NCBI GenBank assembly: GCA_019654055.1
Contig: BPDA01000001.1
Span: 17,938-81,937, forward strand
Direction: 5' to 3'
DNA: 64,000 nucleotides
Origin: Methanobacteriota archaeon
GTDB taxonomy: Archaea; Thermoplasmatota; Poseidoniia; Poseidoniales; Thalassarchaeaceae
The notes under the pieces are model-generated. The model did no database searches and was not told where the DNA came from. It was given only the letters and a program-made list of their open reading frames with translations. Both the position numbers and the translations under genes were made by a program. Below are positions 28,234 through 38,695 of the stretch, piece by piece (positions within the stretch are counted from its first letter, which is position 1; each line of letters starts with the position of its first letter).

Positions 28234-29682
28234 TCAGCCGATGTGTATCGCGTGACCCAGCGTCTTCAGTACGCTCTCGTGGAAGGCCTCTGACATGGTC
28301 GGATGGGCGTGGACCGTCCCGGCCACGTCCTCGAGCAGTGCACCCATCTCCAGTGCGAGGACGAACTCTGCGTGCATCTCAGCCACATGGGTCCCGACCG
28401 CCTGCACCCCGAGGATGACATGGTCGGACTCCCTTGCAGTCACTCGGACGAAGCCACCAGTCTTCTCCGCCTCGATGCTCAGGGCCCTACCACTCGCGGC
28501 AAACGGGAACTTACCCACGATTATCTGCTCACCGCGTTCCTCGGCCTCGTGCGGAGTCAGGCCGACGGAGATTATCTCGGGCTCGGTGAACACGATGGCA
28601 GGGATGGCGACCTTGTCGAACTCTCGCTCGTGTCCGGCGATGATCTCCGCGACCATTTCTCCCTCAGCGCTTGCCTTGTGGGCGAGCATCGGCTCGCCAG
28701 CCACGTCACCGATGGCATAGACCCCAGGGACAGAGGTGCGACACCTCCTATCGATTCTGATGAAGCGCCCGGCCGCATCCATGCGGACCCCGGTGTTCTC
28801 CAGACCCCAGCCCTTGGTGTTGGGCTTGCGGCCGACGGTCACGAGGACCTTGTCGACCTTGATGGAATGCTCTTCGCCGGCCTTCTCGAAAGTGAGCTCC
28901 ACCTTCCTCGCAGCCCCCTTGCCCTTGATTTCGGTGCCTCGAGCTAGGGCGTTGGTGTGCACGGCAACTCCATGCTTCTTGAGCCAGATTTCCAGCGGCC
29001 TGCGTAGCTCGGCGTCCATTATCGCTAGGATGCTGTCGAGTCCCTCGACGACCGTGACCTCGGTGCCCAGCTTGGCCAGTGCGCACCCGAGCTCCAGGCC
29101 GATGTATCCACCGCCGACTATGGCAGCGCTCTTTGGGAGTCTTTCGAGGTCGAGCGCGCCTGTGGACGAGAGTATGAACTCCTCGTCACAGGGCATGAAG
29201 GGCAGGTCGATGTGGCTGGAACCGGTTGCGATGATTACGTTCTCAGCTTCAATCCCGACTGTCCCGTCAGCTGTCTCTACGGTGCACCTCTTGGCCCCCT
29301 CGAAGGTAGCCCAGCCCTTGACCAACTCCGCACCTGCGCCCTTAAGCAGCGCCTCCACGCCCTTGTTCAGACGCTCGACTATCGAGTCCTTCCATGACAC
29401 CATAGCGGCCATGTCCACTCCCGGTTCGCCGTCAACGGAGATTCCCATGTGACCTCCCTCGGAGGCATGCTGCCGCAGATGCTCGAAGCGCTCTGCAGCG
29501 TGGATAATCGCCTTACTCGGTATGCAACCTCGGATTAAGCAGGTGCCGCCGGCCTTGTCGGCTTCGACTATAATCGTCCTCAGGCCCAGTTGCGCAGCCC
29601 TGATTGCGGCGACATAGCCCCCGGGTCCTGCCCCGACGACCAGTACGTCGCATCTGCGTGTCTCGCCCATTGTCCACCTCAC
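28234..29682 (-). CDS. lpd: Dihydrolipoyl dehydrogenase (E3)
   Basis: DVLVVGAGPGGYVAAIRAAQLGLRTIIVEADKAGGTCLIRGCIPSKAI (FAD-binding plus redox CxxxxC); NAD-binding GGGYIGLELG; C-terminal HAHPTMSEAF. ATGA overlap with the E2 gene at 29679..29682. Confidence 0.9.
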   Translation of the reverse strand: MRWTMGETRRCDVLVVGAGPGGYVAAIRAAQLGLRTIIVEADKAGGTCLIRGCIPSKAIIHAAERFEHLRQHASEGGHMGISVDGEPGVDMAAMVSWKDSIVERLNKGVEALLKGAGAELVKGWATFEGAKRCTVETADGTVGIEAENVIIATGSSHIDLPFMPCDEEFILSSTGALDLERLPKSAAIVGGGYIGLELGCALAKLGTEVTVVEGLDSILAIMDAELRRPLEIWLKKHGVAVHTNALARGTEIKGKGAARKVELTFEKAGEEHSIKVDKVLVTVGRKPNTKGWGLENTGVRMDAAGRFIRIDRRCRTSVPGVYAIGDVAGEPMLAHKASAEGEMVAEIIAGHEREFDKVAIPAIVFTEPEIISVGLTPHEAEERGEQIIVGKFPFAASGRALSIEAEKTGGFVRVTARESDHVILGVQAVGTHVAEMHAEFVLALEMGALLEDVAGTVHAHPTMSEAFHESVLKTLGHAIHIG

Positions 29683-30936
29683 ATGAAGATGAGCGCAGGG
29701 TGCTCGAGCATCCTCCTCAGGTGCTGCACGAGGGCTGCGCCATCGGCCCCGTCCACGACCCGATGGTCGAACGAGCTGGATAGGTTCATGATTCTGCGAA
29801 CCACAATCTGCCCGTCCCTGACGACGGGCATATCACGGGCCTTGTGAACGCCGAGTATGGCTACCTCGGGGTGATTGATGATAGGGGTGGCTCCAAGCCC
29901 GCCGTCCCGGCCCAGACTAGTAATGGTGAACGTGGACCCTGTCAGGTCTTCTAGGCTGGCGGTGCCATCGCGCGCGGCGCTGGCTACCCGCTGCATCTCC
30001 GCCGCGGCCTGCCAGGCGTCCATCGCCTCGACGTGCTTGACCACAGGTACATACAGGCCCCTGTCGGTTTGAGTGGCTATGCCGATGTGAACGGCGCCGT
30101 GGCGAGCGACGACACCCCCTTGGTCGTCGTAGTTGGCGTTGCACTCGGGGTGCTCGGGCATTATCCTCGATAGTGCCAGCATGATGAACGGGAGGTAGGT
30201 CAGCTTGGGCTGGCTCTCGTCACGGGAGGCGTTGAGTACCTGCCTGAGCGCCTCGAGCTCGGTGACGTCGACCTCCTCGAAGTACGAGAAGTGCGGTATC
30301 GTGCTCTTGCTGATGGTCATCTGTTCGGCGATCTTCCGGCGCAGGCCGACCACCTTGACCTCGGTCACGTCAGTGCGCTTGGTCGAGTATGACGATGGGG
30401 CTGCACCGGTCACCGCACCATCGGCGGCAATGTAGGCATCGAGGTCCGCGTGGCGGACCCTCCCTGCGGGACCCGAGCCCCTGACTTGAGACAGGTCGAC
30501 GCCCGCCTCCCTCGCTCGGCGCCTGATGGCCGGACTCGCGAGAACCTTGCTGGATGCCGCTGCGAGAGCGGGAGCCGGCTTTGCAGCAGCAGGAGCCGGA
30601 GTCGGATCGGCTGCCGGTTCCGGAGCAGGAGGAGGCGTGGGAGGAGACGCTGCTTCTGGCTCTGCCTCGGGTTTACTGGCCGGAGCCGCGTCAGCATCGG
30701 AGTCGAACTCGACCAGAGTCGAACCGACGGCCACCATGTCGCCCACATCGCCGCTAAGGGAGGTCACGACGCCAGTGACCGGAGAGGGTATGGTGACGGT
30801 TGCCTTGTCGGTCATTACATCCACGATAGGATCATCCTCGGTGACCGTGTCACCCGCGGCGACGTGCCACTGCACGACCTCGCCTTCGACGACGCCCTCC
30901 CCTATGTCGGGCAGCTTGAATACCTGCTTGCCCATG
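29679..30936 (-). CDS. 2-oxoacid dehydrogenase E2 (dihydrolipoamide acyltransferase)
   Basis: Lipoyl domain (KLPDIGEGVVEGEVVQWHVAAGDTVTEDDPIVDVMTDKATVTIPSP); Ala/Pro linker; E3-binding domain (SPAIRRRAREAGVDLSQVRGSGPAGRV); catalytic SFDHRVVDGA. Confidence 0.85.
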
Positions 30937-30938
30937 CT

Positions 30939-31947
30939 CAGTCCTCCTGCGTCCCGCGTATCGCCGCGGCTATGCGAGCGGGTCCCGGCATGTAATCCCA
31001 TTCAGTGGTGTGGGGGAACGGGGTGTCCCACCCGGTGACCCTCCGTATGGGGTCTCGAGGTGGTAGAAGCAACGCTCCTGCACCGATGCCGCCATTTCCG
31101 CACCGAACCCGCTGGTCTTAGGCGCCTCATGAACAATTACACATCTCCCGGTTTTCTCTATGGAGGCGACCACGGAATCTCGGTCCCATGGGACGAGGCT
31201 CTGCAGGTCGATGAGGTCACATGATACCCCACTGTCGCGGATTGCCTGCTCGCAGACGTGGACCATCGCCCCCCATGCTATCACGGTGCACTCGTCACCC
31301 TCCATCGCCAGACGTGCCTCTCCGAGGGGCACCGTGTAGTGCGACTCGGGCACCTCTGCCTCCGGGTGTCCGTCCCATGTCGGCACGTTGTGCGGGTCGC
31401 CGTAGAACGGCCCCCTGTAGCATCTCTTCGGCTCAAAGAAGATGACCGGGTCATTGCTCTCCACGGCGCTGATGAGGAGCCCCTTGGCGTTGTAAGGGGT
31501 CGAGCAGTAGACCACCTTCAGTCCGGGGGTGTGCGTGAACTGCGACTCGGGGGACTGCGAGTGGTGGTGGCCTCCCCTGATCCCACCTCCAGCCGGGGTC
31601 CGAACAGTCACGGGCGACCAGAACTCCCCTCCCGAGCGGTGCCTAATCTTGGCCAGCTCGTTGACAATCTGGTCGTATGCCGGGAAGATGTAGTCAGCGA
31701 ACTGAATCTCGACCACGGGTCTTAGCCCGTTGATGCCCATACCGAATGCGGTGGCCAGGATTCCTCCCTCGGAGAGGGGCGTGTCAAAGACGCGATGGGA
31801 GCCGTGCTTGGCCTGCAGGCCGTCGGTGGTCCTGAAGACCCCGCCGAAGTAGCCGACGTCCTGGCCGAAGACGATGACGTCGTCGTCTCCATCTAGGACT
31901 ATGTCGAGGGCGCTATTGAGCGACTGAATCATGTTCATGTTCGGCAT
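30939..31947 (-). CDS. 2-oxoacid dehydrogenase E1 beta subunit, frameshift near 31040
   Basis: MPNMNMIQSLNSALDIVLDGDDDVIVFGQDVGYFGGVFRTTDGLQAKHGSHRVFDTPLSEGGILATAFGMG...; after ...LETP the conserved terminus IRRVTGWDTPFPHTTEWDYMPGPARIAAAIRGTQED* appears in the +1 frame (TGA 30941..30939, then GC, then the E2 ATG). Confidence 0.85.
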
Positions 31948-31948
31948 G

Positions 31949-33187
31949 CTATCCCTCCATGGCTTCGTCGAACTGCTCCTCGAGGTGCCACGGCATCTCC
32001 TCGTAGACCTCGGTGAAGATGGTGTCAGCCCCCGGGTACGGGCCGCTGGCCATGTCCCCATATCCCACGGCCTCCTTGTACGCGCTGGTAACCTCTCCGT
32101 CGATTCTTTCCTCGAGATCGGCCTGCCGCTCTTCACTCCACTCTCCTATCTCGATTAGGTGGTCGCGAAGTCTCTCGACGGGGTCGCCCCCGGGCCATTT
32201 CTCGTGCTCGTCGCCCGGGCGGTACCGACTAGGGTCGTCGCTGCTGCTGTGTGCCCCGGCGCGGTACGTCAGCACCTCGATGTGAGTCGCCCCGGTGCCC
32301 GAGGCAGCGCGCTCCCGGGCCCACTTGGTGACCGCGTACAGAGCGAGAAAGTCGTTACCGTCGACCCTAATCGAGGGCAGCCCGTACGGCAGCCCCCTCG
32401 AGGCGAACTCGCCATCTCCGGTGGCGAAGTTCGCATGAGTGGATATCGCCCACTGGTTGTTCACGACGTTGAGTATGACGGGCGCCTTGAAGACACCAGC
32501 GAAGTTGAGGGCGTAGTGGTAGTCTCCCTCTGCGCTGGCACCGTCTCCAATCCAGGTGATGGTGACCTCGTCAAGGTCCTTGTACCGAGAGGCCATGGCT
32601 ACCCCCACGGCCTGACTGAACTGGGTTCCTACTGGGCTCGAGACCGAGATGAAGCGACCGTCCTTGTAGGAGTAGTGGACCGGCATCTGCCTGCCCTTGA
32701 TGTTGTCCTCAACGTTCCCTAGGCAGTGGCAGATCATGCTGACCATGTCACGTCCCCTGACAAACTGGGCGCCCGGCTGCCTATACGTCGGAAAGATCCA
32801 GTCCTGTTCCTCGAGTGCCATGGTCTGCGCTATTGCGACGCATTCCTCGCCGAACGAGCGCATGTAGAACGAGAGCTTCCCCGTCCTCTGGAGTTTCATC
32901 ATACGATCGTCGAAGATCCTCAGCCTGACCATGTGCTCGAGCCCCTCGCGTAGCTCGTCGGCGCTGAGCCCGGGATCCCATGCTCCTGTTGCTTTGTTGT
33001 CGTCACCTAGGACCCTGACTAGGCCATCGGCATGCGCGGATGTCTCTTCCGCTTCGCACTTGGCGGGGTCAGGACGATCTAGATCCCCTGGCTTCCATGG
33101 CCAAGACTCGAAGGTGGACTCCTCGCCCGGCCTGAAGGGAGCGTCAGGTATGCTTAGTCCGGACTTCTTCTTCTCCTTGCGCGCCAT
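31949..33187 (-). CDS. 2-oxoacid (branched-chain/pyruvate) dehydrogenase E1 alpha subunit
   Basis: TPP-binding GDGASAEGDYHYALNFAGVFKAPVILNVVNNQWAIST; YRAGAHSSSDDPSRYR phosphorylation-loop-like region. The stop abuts the E1beta ATG. Confidence 0.85.
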   Translation of the reverse strand: MARKEKKKSGLSIPDAPFRPGEESTFESWPWKPGDLDRPDPAKCEAEETSAHADGLVRVLGDDNKATGAWDPGLSADELREGLEHMVRLRIFDDRMMKLQRTGKLSFYMRSFGEECVAIAQTMALEEQDWIFPTYRQPGAQFVRGRDMVSMICHCLGNVEDNIKGRQMPVHYSYKDGRFISVSSPVGTQFSQAVGVAMASRYKDLDEVTITWIGDGASAEGDYHYALNFAGVFKAPVILNVVNNQWAISTHANFATGDGEFASRGLPYGLPSIRVDGNDFLALYAVTKWARERAASGTGATHIEVLTYRAGAHSSSDDPSRYRPGDEHEKWPGGDPVERLRDHLIEIGEWSEERQADLEERIDGEVTSAYKEAVGYGDMASGPYPGADTIFTEVYEEMPWHLEEQFDEAMEG

Positions 33188-33210
33188 CTAGAACCACCTT
33201 TCCTCGAGCA

Positions 33211-34125
33211 TCACGCCTGCCCTCCGAGCAGAACCGGCTGTCCTCCGTGGGATTCCTCCCACAATAGGCCCGCCCTGTAGCTTGAGCGCACCAGCGGTCC
33301 GCTGGCCACAGCATCGAAACCCATCTCGCGTGCGTCGCGGTCCCAACGTTGGAATTGGGCCGGCTCCGGGAACCTGTCAACCGGGAGGTGCCTGTCCCCT
33401 GGCTGTAGGTACTGTCCTAGGGTAATCATGCTGACCCCGGCCTCGCGCAGCATGCGCATGGCCTGCGTGACCTCCTCGTCAGTCTCTCCGAGACCGACCA
33501 TGATGCTGGATTTGATACGGATGTCCGGGCGCAGCCGGCGCGCCTCCCGGAGGACGGTCAGTGACTGCTCGAATGAGGCGCGCGGGTCGCGTACCACCGA
33601 ATCAAGCCGAGGAACGCACTCTACGTTGTGTGCGAACACCCTCAGGGGCAGGTCGTCGAGGAGTGCCGCCAGTGCATCGAGGTTACCGTCGAGATCGGAG
33701 CACAGCAGCTCCAAGCCGACCTCGGGACTGCGCTGGCTGACTGCGAGGATGCAGTCGCGATAGTGGCTGGCGCCCCCGTCCGACAGGTCATCCCGGTTGA
33801 CGACCGTGATGACCGCGTGACTGAGCCCCATCCTAGCAACGGCCTCAGCCAGTTCGTCGGGCTCGTTCGAATCCAGAGCAGGTGGGGCCTTGACAGTCCC
33901 GACGGCGCAGAATCTGCAGCCCCGGGTGCATACCTCGCCAGCGACCATGAACGTCGCGGTGCCCCTGCCCCAGCAGTCGTGCACGTTGGGGCACCTGGCC
34001 TCCTCGCACACCGTGTGCAACCCATGCTCGTGGACGTTGGAACTGGTCTCCAGGTAGCGAACTCTGGCAGCACCAGTCGGAAGCGTCGTAGCGAACCACT
34101 TGGGTAGACGCTTTCGCTTCGACAT
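33211..34125 (-). CDS. lipA: Lipoyl synthase (radical SAM)
   Basis: CEEARCPNVHDCW (N-terminal auxiliary cluster) and CTRGCRFCAVGT (radical-SAM CxxxCxxC), then ...SSIMVGLGET...ITLGQYLQP. Start taken at MSKRKRLPKW. Confidence 0.85.
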   Translation of the reverse strand: MSKRKRLPKWFATTLPTGAARVRYLETSSNVHEHGLHTVCEEARCPNVHDCWGRGTATFMVAGEVCTRGCRFCAVGTVKAPPALDSNEPDELAEAVARMGLSHAVITVVNRDDLSDGGASHYRDCILAVSQRSPEVGLELLCSDLDGNLDALAALLDDLPLRVFAHNVECVPRLDSVVRDPRASFEQSLTVLREARRLRPDIRIKSSIMVGLGETDEEVTQAMRMLREAGVSMITLGQYLQPGDRHLPVDRFPEPAQFQRWDRDAREMGFDAVASGPLVRSSYRAGLLWEESHGGQPVLLGGQA

Positions 34126-34321
34126 GCGACGCTCCCGCGCACTCTCCCTAGACACTCCTCCGCAACCGCCGCCCGCCGCGGATTCGGGGTCGATGGTGGG
34201 CAGGTGCGTTGCCATCGCCCCATCGGAAGAACTCGCGCCGTTAATCATTCTCCTACGGAGAATCGCCCGGGATTGCGCGATACAACGGGTAATATCGGGA
34301 GTGGTCTTCGGCAAGGCGTGG

Positions 34322-35072
34322 TGAAGGGCGCGGTTCTGGTCACTGGGGGCGCTAGGCGCATAGGCAGGGCGATTTGCCTGCGTCTAGCCGCCGACGGCCA
34401 TCCCATCGTGGTGCACTATCGGCGTTCGGACGATGAGGCCGAAGGGCTGGTGGACACTATCCGGTCATCCGGAGGAACTGCGCTAGCCCTGCAATCAGAC
34501 TTGTCAGACGCCGCATCGGCGATTCCCTTGTCCAGCGGGCTGGGGGGGAATCCGCCTTAGGTGGCATCGTCAACAATGCCTCGATGTTCGTGCATGACGA
34601 CCTAGACAGCGTAGACACGGAATGCTGGGACGCTCACATGGATGTGAACGCAAGGTCCCCGATGCTGATGATTCGCGCCCTCAACCAGCAGCTCGATGAC
34701 GATGGCAGGGCATGTGTGGTGAACGTACTCGACCAGAAGATAGCCGAACCCAACCCCGATCACCTCTCCTACACGGCCTCGCGCTACGCCATGCTCGGCC
34801 TGACAGACGCGCTAGCCCGCGGCCTAGCCCCTCGCATACGCGTCAATGCCGTGGCGCCCGGCCACACTATGCCCAGCGACGACCAGAGCGAGGCCGGCTT
34901 CGCTAGGGCGCAATCCGACACTCCACTCGGGCGCGGACCCACTCCCGAGGACGTCGCAGACGCGGTGTCATACCTGATGGGCGCCGAGGCGGTGACTGGA
35001 CAGGTCCTGTTCGTGGACTCGGGCGAGAGGTTTCTGTCCCGGGCCAGGGATGTCCTGTTTGAGACGGAGTGA
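34322..35072 (+). CDS. Short-chain dehydrogenase/reductase, pteridine-reductase (FolM/PTR1)-like, frameshift near 34545
   Basis: GTG start. VLVTGGARRIGRAICLRLAADGHPIVVHYRRSDDEAEGLV...ALALQSDLSD in the frame of ORF 34204. Continuation ...IVNNASMFVHDDLDSV...YTASRYAMLGLTDALARGLAPRIRVNAVAPGHT in the frame of ORF 34584 carries the YxxxR/K active site. Confidence 0.65.
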
Positions 35073-35076
35073 TTTC

Positions 35077-35475
35077 ATGACCAACCACAGCGAGGCACTG
35101 ATTCGGATGCTTGAGGAGTGCAAAGAAGCCTCATCGCTGTTCATGGAAGGTGTCGTGAGGGAGGTCGACGTCGGAATCCACTCTCATGAGATTGGCTCGC
35201 CGCAGAGAGTCAGGTTCGACATCCACATCATACTGGAGGATACTCAGGCAGGAGGGGACTCGATAGACGAAGTGCTCGACTACGAGTACCTAGTGGCCTC
35301 GCTGGACAGGGCGCTTGGAATGGGGCGCCCGGCCCTTCTGGAGACCTTGGCCACCAGGATAATCGACGAGGTCATCGCACCCTCCGAGGTCTCTGCGGCC
35401 TCGGTCAGTGCGACCAAGTTGGACGCATTGCCCGACGAAGGTAGGCTGGGATGCACTCTGACTCGCGTCAAGTGA
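35077..35475 (+). CDS. folB: Dihydroneopterin aldolase-like protein (FolB family)
   Basis: VREVDVGIHSHEIGSPQRVRFDIHIILE...SIDEVLDYEYLVASLDRAL...ALLETLATRIIDEVIA...SVSATKL fits the FolB pattern (G.H..E...Q.F..D..L...D.VDY..V...ALLE.LA..I...V.V.KP). Confidence 0.6.
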   Translation: MTNHSEALIRMLEECKEASSLFMEGVVREVDVGIHSHEIGSPQRVRFDIHIILEDTQAGGDSIDEVLDYEYLVASLDRALGMGRPALLETLATRIIDEVIAPSEVSAASVSATKLDALPDEGRLGCTLTRVK

Positions 35476-35476
35476 T

Positions 35477-35562
35477 TGGTGCAGAGGGCAGGATTCGAAC
35501 CTGCGAAGCGCTAAGCACCGGAGTTTAAGTCCGGCCCCTTTGACCAACTCGGGTACCTCTGC
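35477..35562 (-). tRNA. tRNA-Leu (anticodon UAA), long variable arm, CCA encoded
   Basis: Reverse complement GCAGAGGTACCCGAGTTGGTCAAAGGGGCCGGACTTAAACTCCGGTGCTTAGCGCTTCGCAGGTTCGAATCCTGCCCTCTGCACCA. It has a 7-bp acceptor stem, a D-arm, an anticodon stem CCGGA/TCCGG with loop CTTAAAC, a 16-nt variable arm, a GGTTCGAATCC T-loop and a terminal CCA. Confidence 0.85.
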
Positions 35563-35679
35563 GGACCCCCAGCGGGGCCATCCTCACTTGAACCGAGCGC
35601 ACGCAGCAGTGTCACAACTGATACATCTCGTACCCTTGGGGTACGAACGCTTTAACGCCACTCTTACGGCGGAAACAGC

Positions 35680-38613
35680 GTGCAGGCTAGCAGCACGACG
35701 AATAGCGGTCGCGGCCATTTCAGGCTGGCCATTGCCTTGACTATGGTGATTCTGGCCCCCATCTGCCTATCCCTGGCCCCTGCTTCGGAATTGCGCTCGA
35801 TTGAGCCCATGTCAGCCGACGACGACGTCGAATTGAAGCTCTACACCCTGTACATCTCCTCGCAGAACACCTCGGCCGGCGGTGACGGTCACATCACCAC
35901 GGAGGTCCCCGAGTCAGGGGGCCAGGACAGCTCAAGTGCTCTGGACAGCGAAGTCGAGTTCCGCTCCAGCGACATGCTCTCCTCGCTAATCGTCTACGGC
36001 AGGTCACAGCACGGCAGCTCTAGTTCGTACTATCTCCCACTGGACATGTTCCTTCGGGCGACGGGCCCGAGTGGCTCCACGGTCGAGTGGTCGATTAGGC
36101 TGAAGGCCGGCGGCTCCGAGATCGGAACAGCGTCCTGGGATACCGACGCCTGCACGCAGAGCTTCACGAACAGCTGCAGCTTCGACCACGAGGAGTTCGA
36201 AATTGACCTCGGTGGCGACCAGTCGTTCACGGTCTCGAAGGATGAGAGAATGGAGATCACAGTCAGTGCCGAGATGTCGGGCTGTGACGGCGGCTCGATT
36301 CCAGGCGGCTCCAGTTGCGAGGCCGAAGTGGCTTGGAACGAGATTGACGACGAGAACAACAGGTACTCCCAACTTGAGGTTGAGGCGAATGCGATATCCA
36401 ATAGCATCGTCGTCCTCCAACGCGAGGGCGCCGAGCTGGCCGAGGGCGCCGAACTCGACTGGTACCCCAACGACATCCTCTCAGAGCGTGCCATGCAGTT
36501 CACCTTCGATGTCAAGAGTTCCTTCGGGCGCTACGACATCGAGTCTACCCGTCTGATTATGAGGGACCCGGACGGAGTCTACCGAATCGACCACATCATC
36601 AACGAGGATGATGAGGACATCGAGGACACCAGCCAAGGCATCTTTGGCGAGTACATCTGGACCTACCCGAGCGGCCTGCCTGCCGGGGAGTACTCGGTCG
36701 AACTGGAGATCACCGATATCCAGGGTAACGCCTTCTTGATTGAGCACGACCCGGTCGAGATGCACCAATGGGGAGTCTCGCTCAACCACCGCCTGAACAA
36801 GCTGACCGAGTACATCGCCCCCGGCGAGACTACTGCGATTCCCTTGCAGCTGGTGCACAAGGGGGACTCCACCAAGTCGATGGAGGTTGAGATGGAGGTT
36901 CTGACGAACCTAGGTAGCTCGTGGATTCTCGAGTTCGACTCACCGGGCGGCTACACTCTCAACGCTGGCGGCGATATACTCAACCCAATCCTCACACTCA
37001 CCGCGCCCGACGACCTGACAGGAACTCCCGAGGGCATAGAGATTAGGGCCGTGGCCGAGGCCGAGGTGGACAGCGTGCTGCAGGTGGTCGACCAGGACAT
37101 TCTGCAACTCGACCTCGAGAAGATCGACGTATACCAACCCCCAGAGGTCTCGGTCTGGAACGAGGAGCACGACGTCCAGATAGCGAACTCGACACGACCC
37201 GACGACTTCGACCAGACCGTCCCGAGGTACGTGGAGTATGAGGAGTTCACCCCGTTCCTGCTGGAGATATTCAACACTGGTTTCGATGCCGACACGTTCA
37301 GGGTCGATGTACTGCAGAGGGCCAAGTCGATTATCCAGATATACGACAACGACACCGGTGAGAGAATTCTCGAGGACGAGGGTGACGGGACCTTCCACAC
37401 AGCTCTTCTGGAGCGCCACTCGACGCAGGTACTACTGTTCAACGTCAAACCGTCCTCGGACAGGGACGACCCCGACATCGGCGAGATCGAGGTCGAGGTA
37501 ATCAGCAATGGCAACTCGTCCCTGCGTACGACGGTGGTCTTCACGATACAGAGGACCTTCGGCATCTACGCCGAGGTTTCGCAGGACTGCGACGGCTCCC
37601 CTCTGGGTCACATCAGGGTTTCACTTTGCTCACCCTCTTCTGGTAACGCTGTGGTCGACCTCAGGGTGAGGATAACCAACAGTATGACCAGCGGAGAGTC
37701 TGCCAGCTGGTGGAGGATACAGAACCCGGCGTCTCTAGAGGAGAACACAGACAGGGACCCGGCCTACGGACAGTGGCAGTTCATGGTGCTGGACGAGGAC
37801 GGCGACGCTGTTCCGAGGGTGTCCCTCGGTCCCGGCGACTTCACCGAGGTCTTCGTCACCGTGACCCTGACTAGCCAGGTTGTCGCAGGTAACCACACCG
37901 TCTACCTACGAATAATCGAGGACATAGATGACGACAATCCGAGGTACTTCGACCTCCCGATGGTGTTCGAGGTCGAGGCGGGTAATCCTAATCTGCAGAT
38001 AGTACAGGTCTCCCCCAACTACGAGCTGCTGCCCGGTGAGGCCTACTCGATCCAACTCAAGGTCAAGAACAACGGCAATGGACCGTTGACCGTACTTCTG
38101 GATGCAGAGGTCGAGGAGTCTGGCTGGAGCGTCGACATCGAGGGCCCCTCTGGATCCCCACTGATAGAGCTAGAAGCCTTCGAGGAGGCCACCTTCAACC
38201 TCGAGGTCAGCGTCCCTGATTCGGCGAACAACGGCGAACAGGTCCCCGTCCAGATTACCGCCACGCCCTTCGATACCGAACAGAGCTGGCCCGAGCAGTA
38301 CACCGCCGAGGCCACAGTGACGATGACAGTGGGAATCTCATCGCTGCTTGACATCCTGATCAACGAGATAACTCACCCACGCCTCTCCACCATGGCAATC
38401 AGCTTGGTCGGCATCCTGTTGCTGTTCGCTGGAATCCAGAGCAGGATGAACCGTCGCAGGTGGACTGCGCATCTGGCTTACCTTGAGTCACTGGGGGGCG
38501 ACGAAGATGAAGAGGGGGACGACGACGAGGACCCCGATTTACCCGCTCCAGTTACCTCCGTAGAGGAGGATGAGTCGGACGATTACGAGGACGACGAGAT
38601 CGAACTCGTCTGA
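35680..38613 (+). CDS. Large acidic cell-surface protein (977 aa; N-terminal signal anchor, C-terminal TM helix, poly-acidic cytoplasmic tail)
   Basis: N-terminal hydrophobic FRLAIALTMVILAPICLSLAPA; many NxS/T sequons; C-terminal LSTMAISLVGILLLFAGIQS followed by GGDEDEEGDDDEDPD...DDYEDDEIELV. No enzymatic domain recognised. Confidence 0.5.
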   Translation: MQASSTTNSGRGHFRLAIALTMVILAPICLSLAPASELRSIEPMSADDDVELKLYTLYISSQNTSAGGDGHITTEVPESGGQDSSSALDSEVEFRSSDMLSSLIVYGRSQHGSSSSYYLPLDMFLRATGPSGSTVEWSIRLKAGGSEIGTASWDTDACTQSFTNSCSFDHEEFEIDLGGDQSFTVSKDERMEITVSAEMSGCDGGSIPGGSSCEAEVAWNEIDDENNRYSQLEVEANAISNSIVVLQREGAELAEGAELDWYPNDILSERAMQFTFDVKSSFGRYDIESTRLIMRDPDGVYRIDHIINEDDEDIEDTSQGIFGEYIWTYPSGLPAGEYSVELEITDIQGNAFLIEHDPVEMHQWGVSLNHRLNKLTEYIAPGETTAIPLQLVHKGDSTKSMEVEMEVLTNLGSSWILEFDSPGGYTLNAGGDILNPILTLTAPDDLTGTPEGIEIRAVAEAEVDSVLQVVDQDILQLDLEKIDVYQPPEVSVWNEEHDVQIANSTRPDDFDQTVPRYVEYEEFTPFLLEIFNTGFDADTFRVDVLQRAKSIIQIYDNDTGERILEDEGDGTFHTALLERHSTQVLLFNVKPSSDRDDPDIGEIEVEVISNGNSSLRTTVVFTIQRTFGIYAEVSQDCDGSPLGHIRVSLCSPSSGNAVVDLRVRITNSMTSGESASWWRIQNPASLEENTDRDPAYGQWQFMVLDEDGDAVPRVSLGPGDFTEVFVTVTLTSQVVAGNHTVYLRIIEDIDDDNPRYFDLPMVFEVEAGNPNLQIVQVSPNYELLPGEAYSIQLKVKNNGNGPLTVLLDAEVEESGWSVDIEGPSGSPLIELEAFEEATFNLEVSVPDSANNGEQVPVQITATPFDTEQSWPEQYTAEATVTMTVGISSLLDILINEITHPRLSTMAISLVGILLLFAGIQSRMNRRRWTAHLAYLESLGGDEDEEGDDDEDPDLPAPVTSVEEDESDDYEDDEIELV

Positions 38614-38695
38614 GCCGGTGTGAATCGGTGTCCGAACGGCGCTCCATTCGTCTTAAGACCCGTACTTTCTGCCGTAGGCAGCAGAAGGCCTGAGC

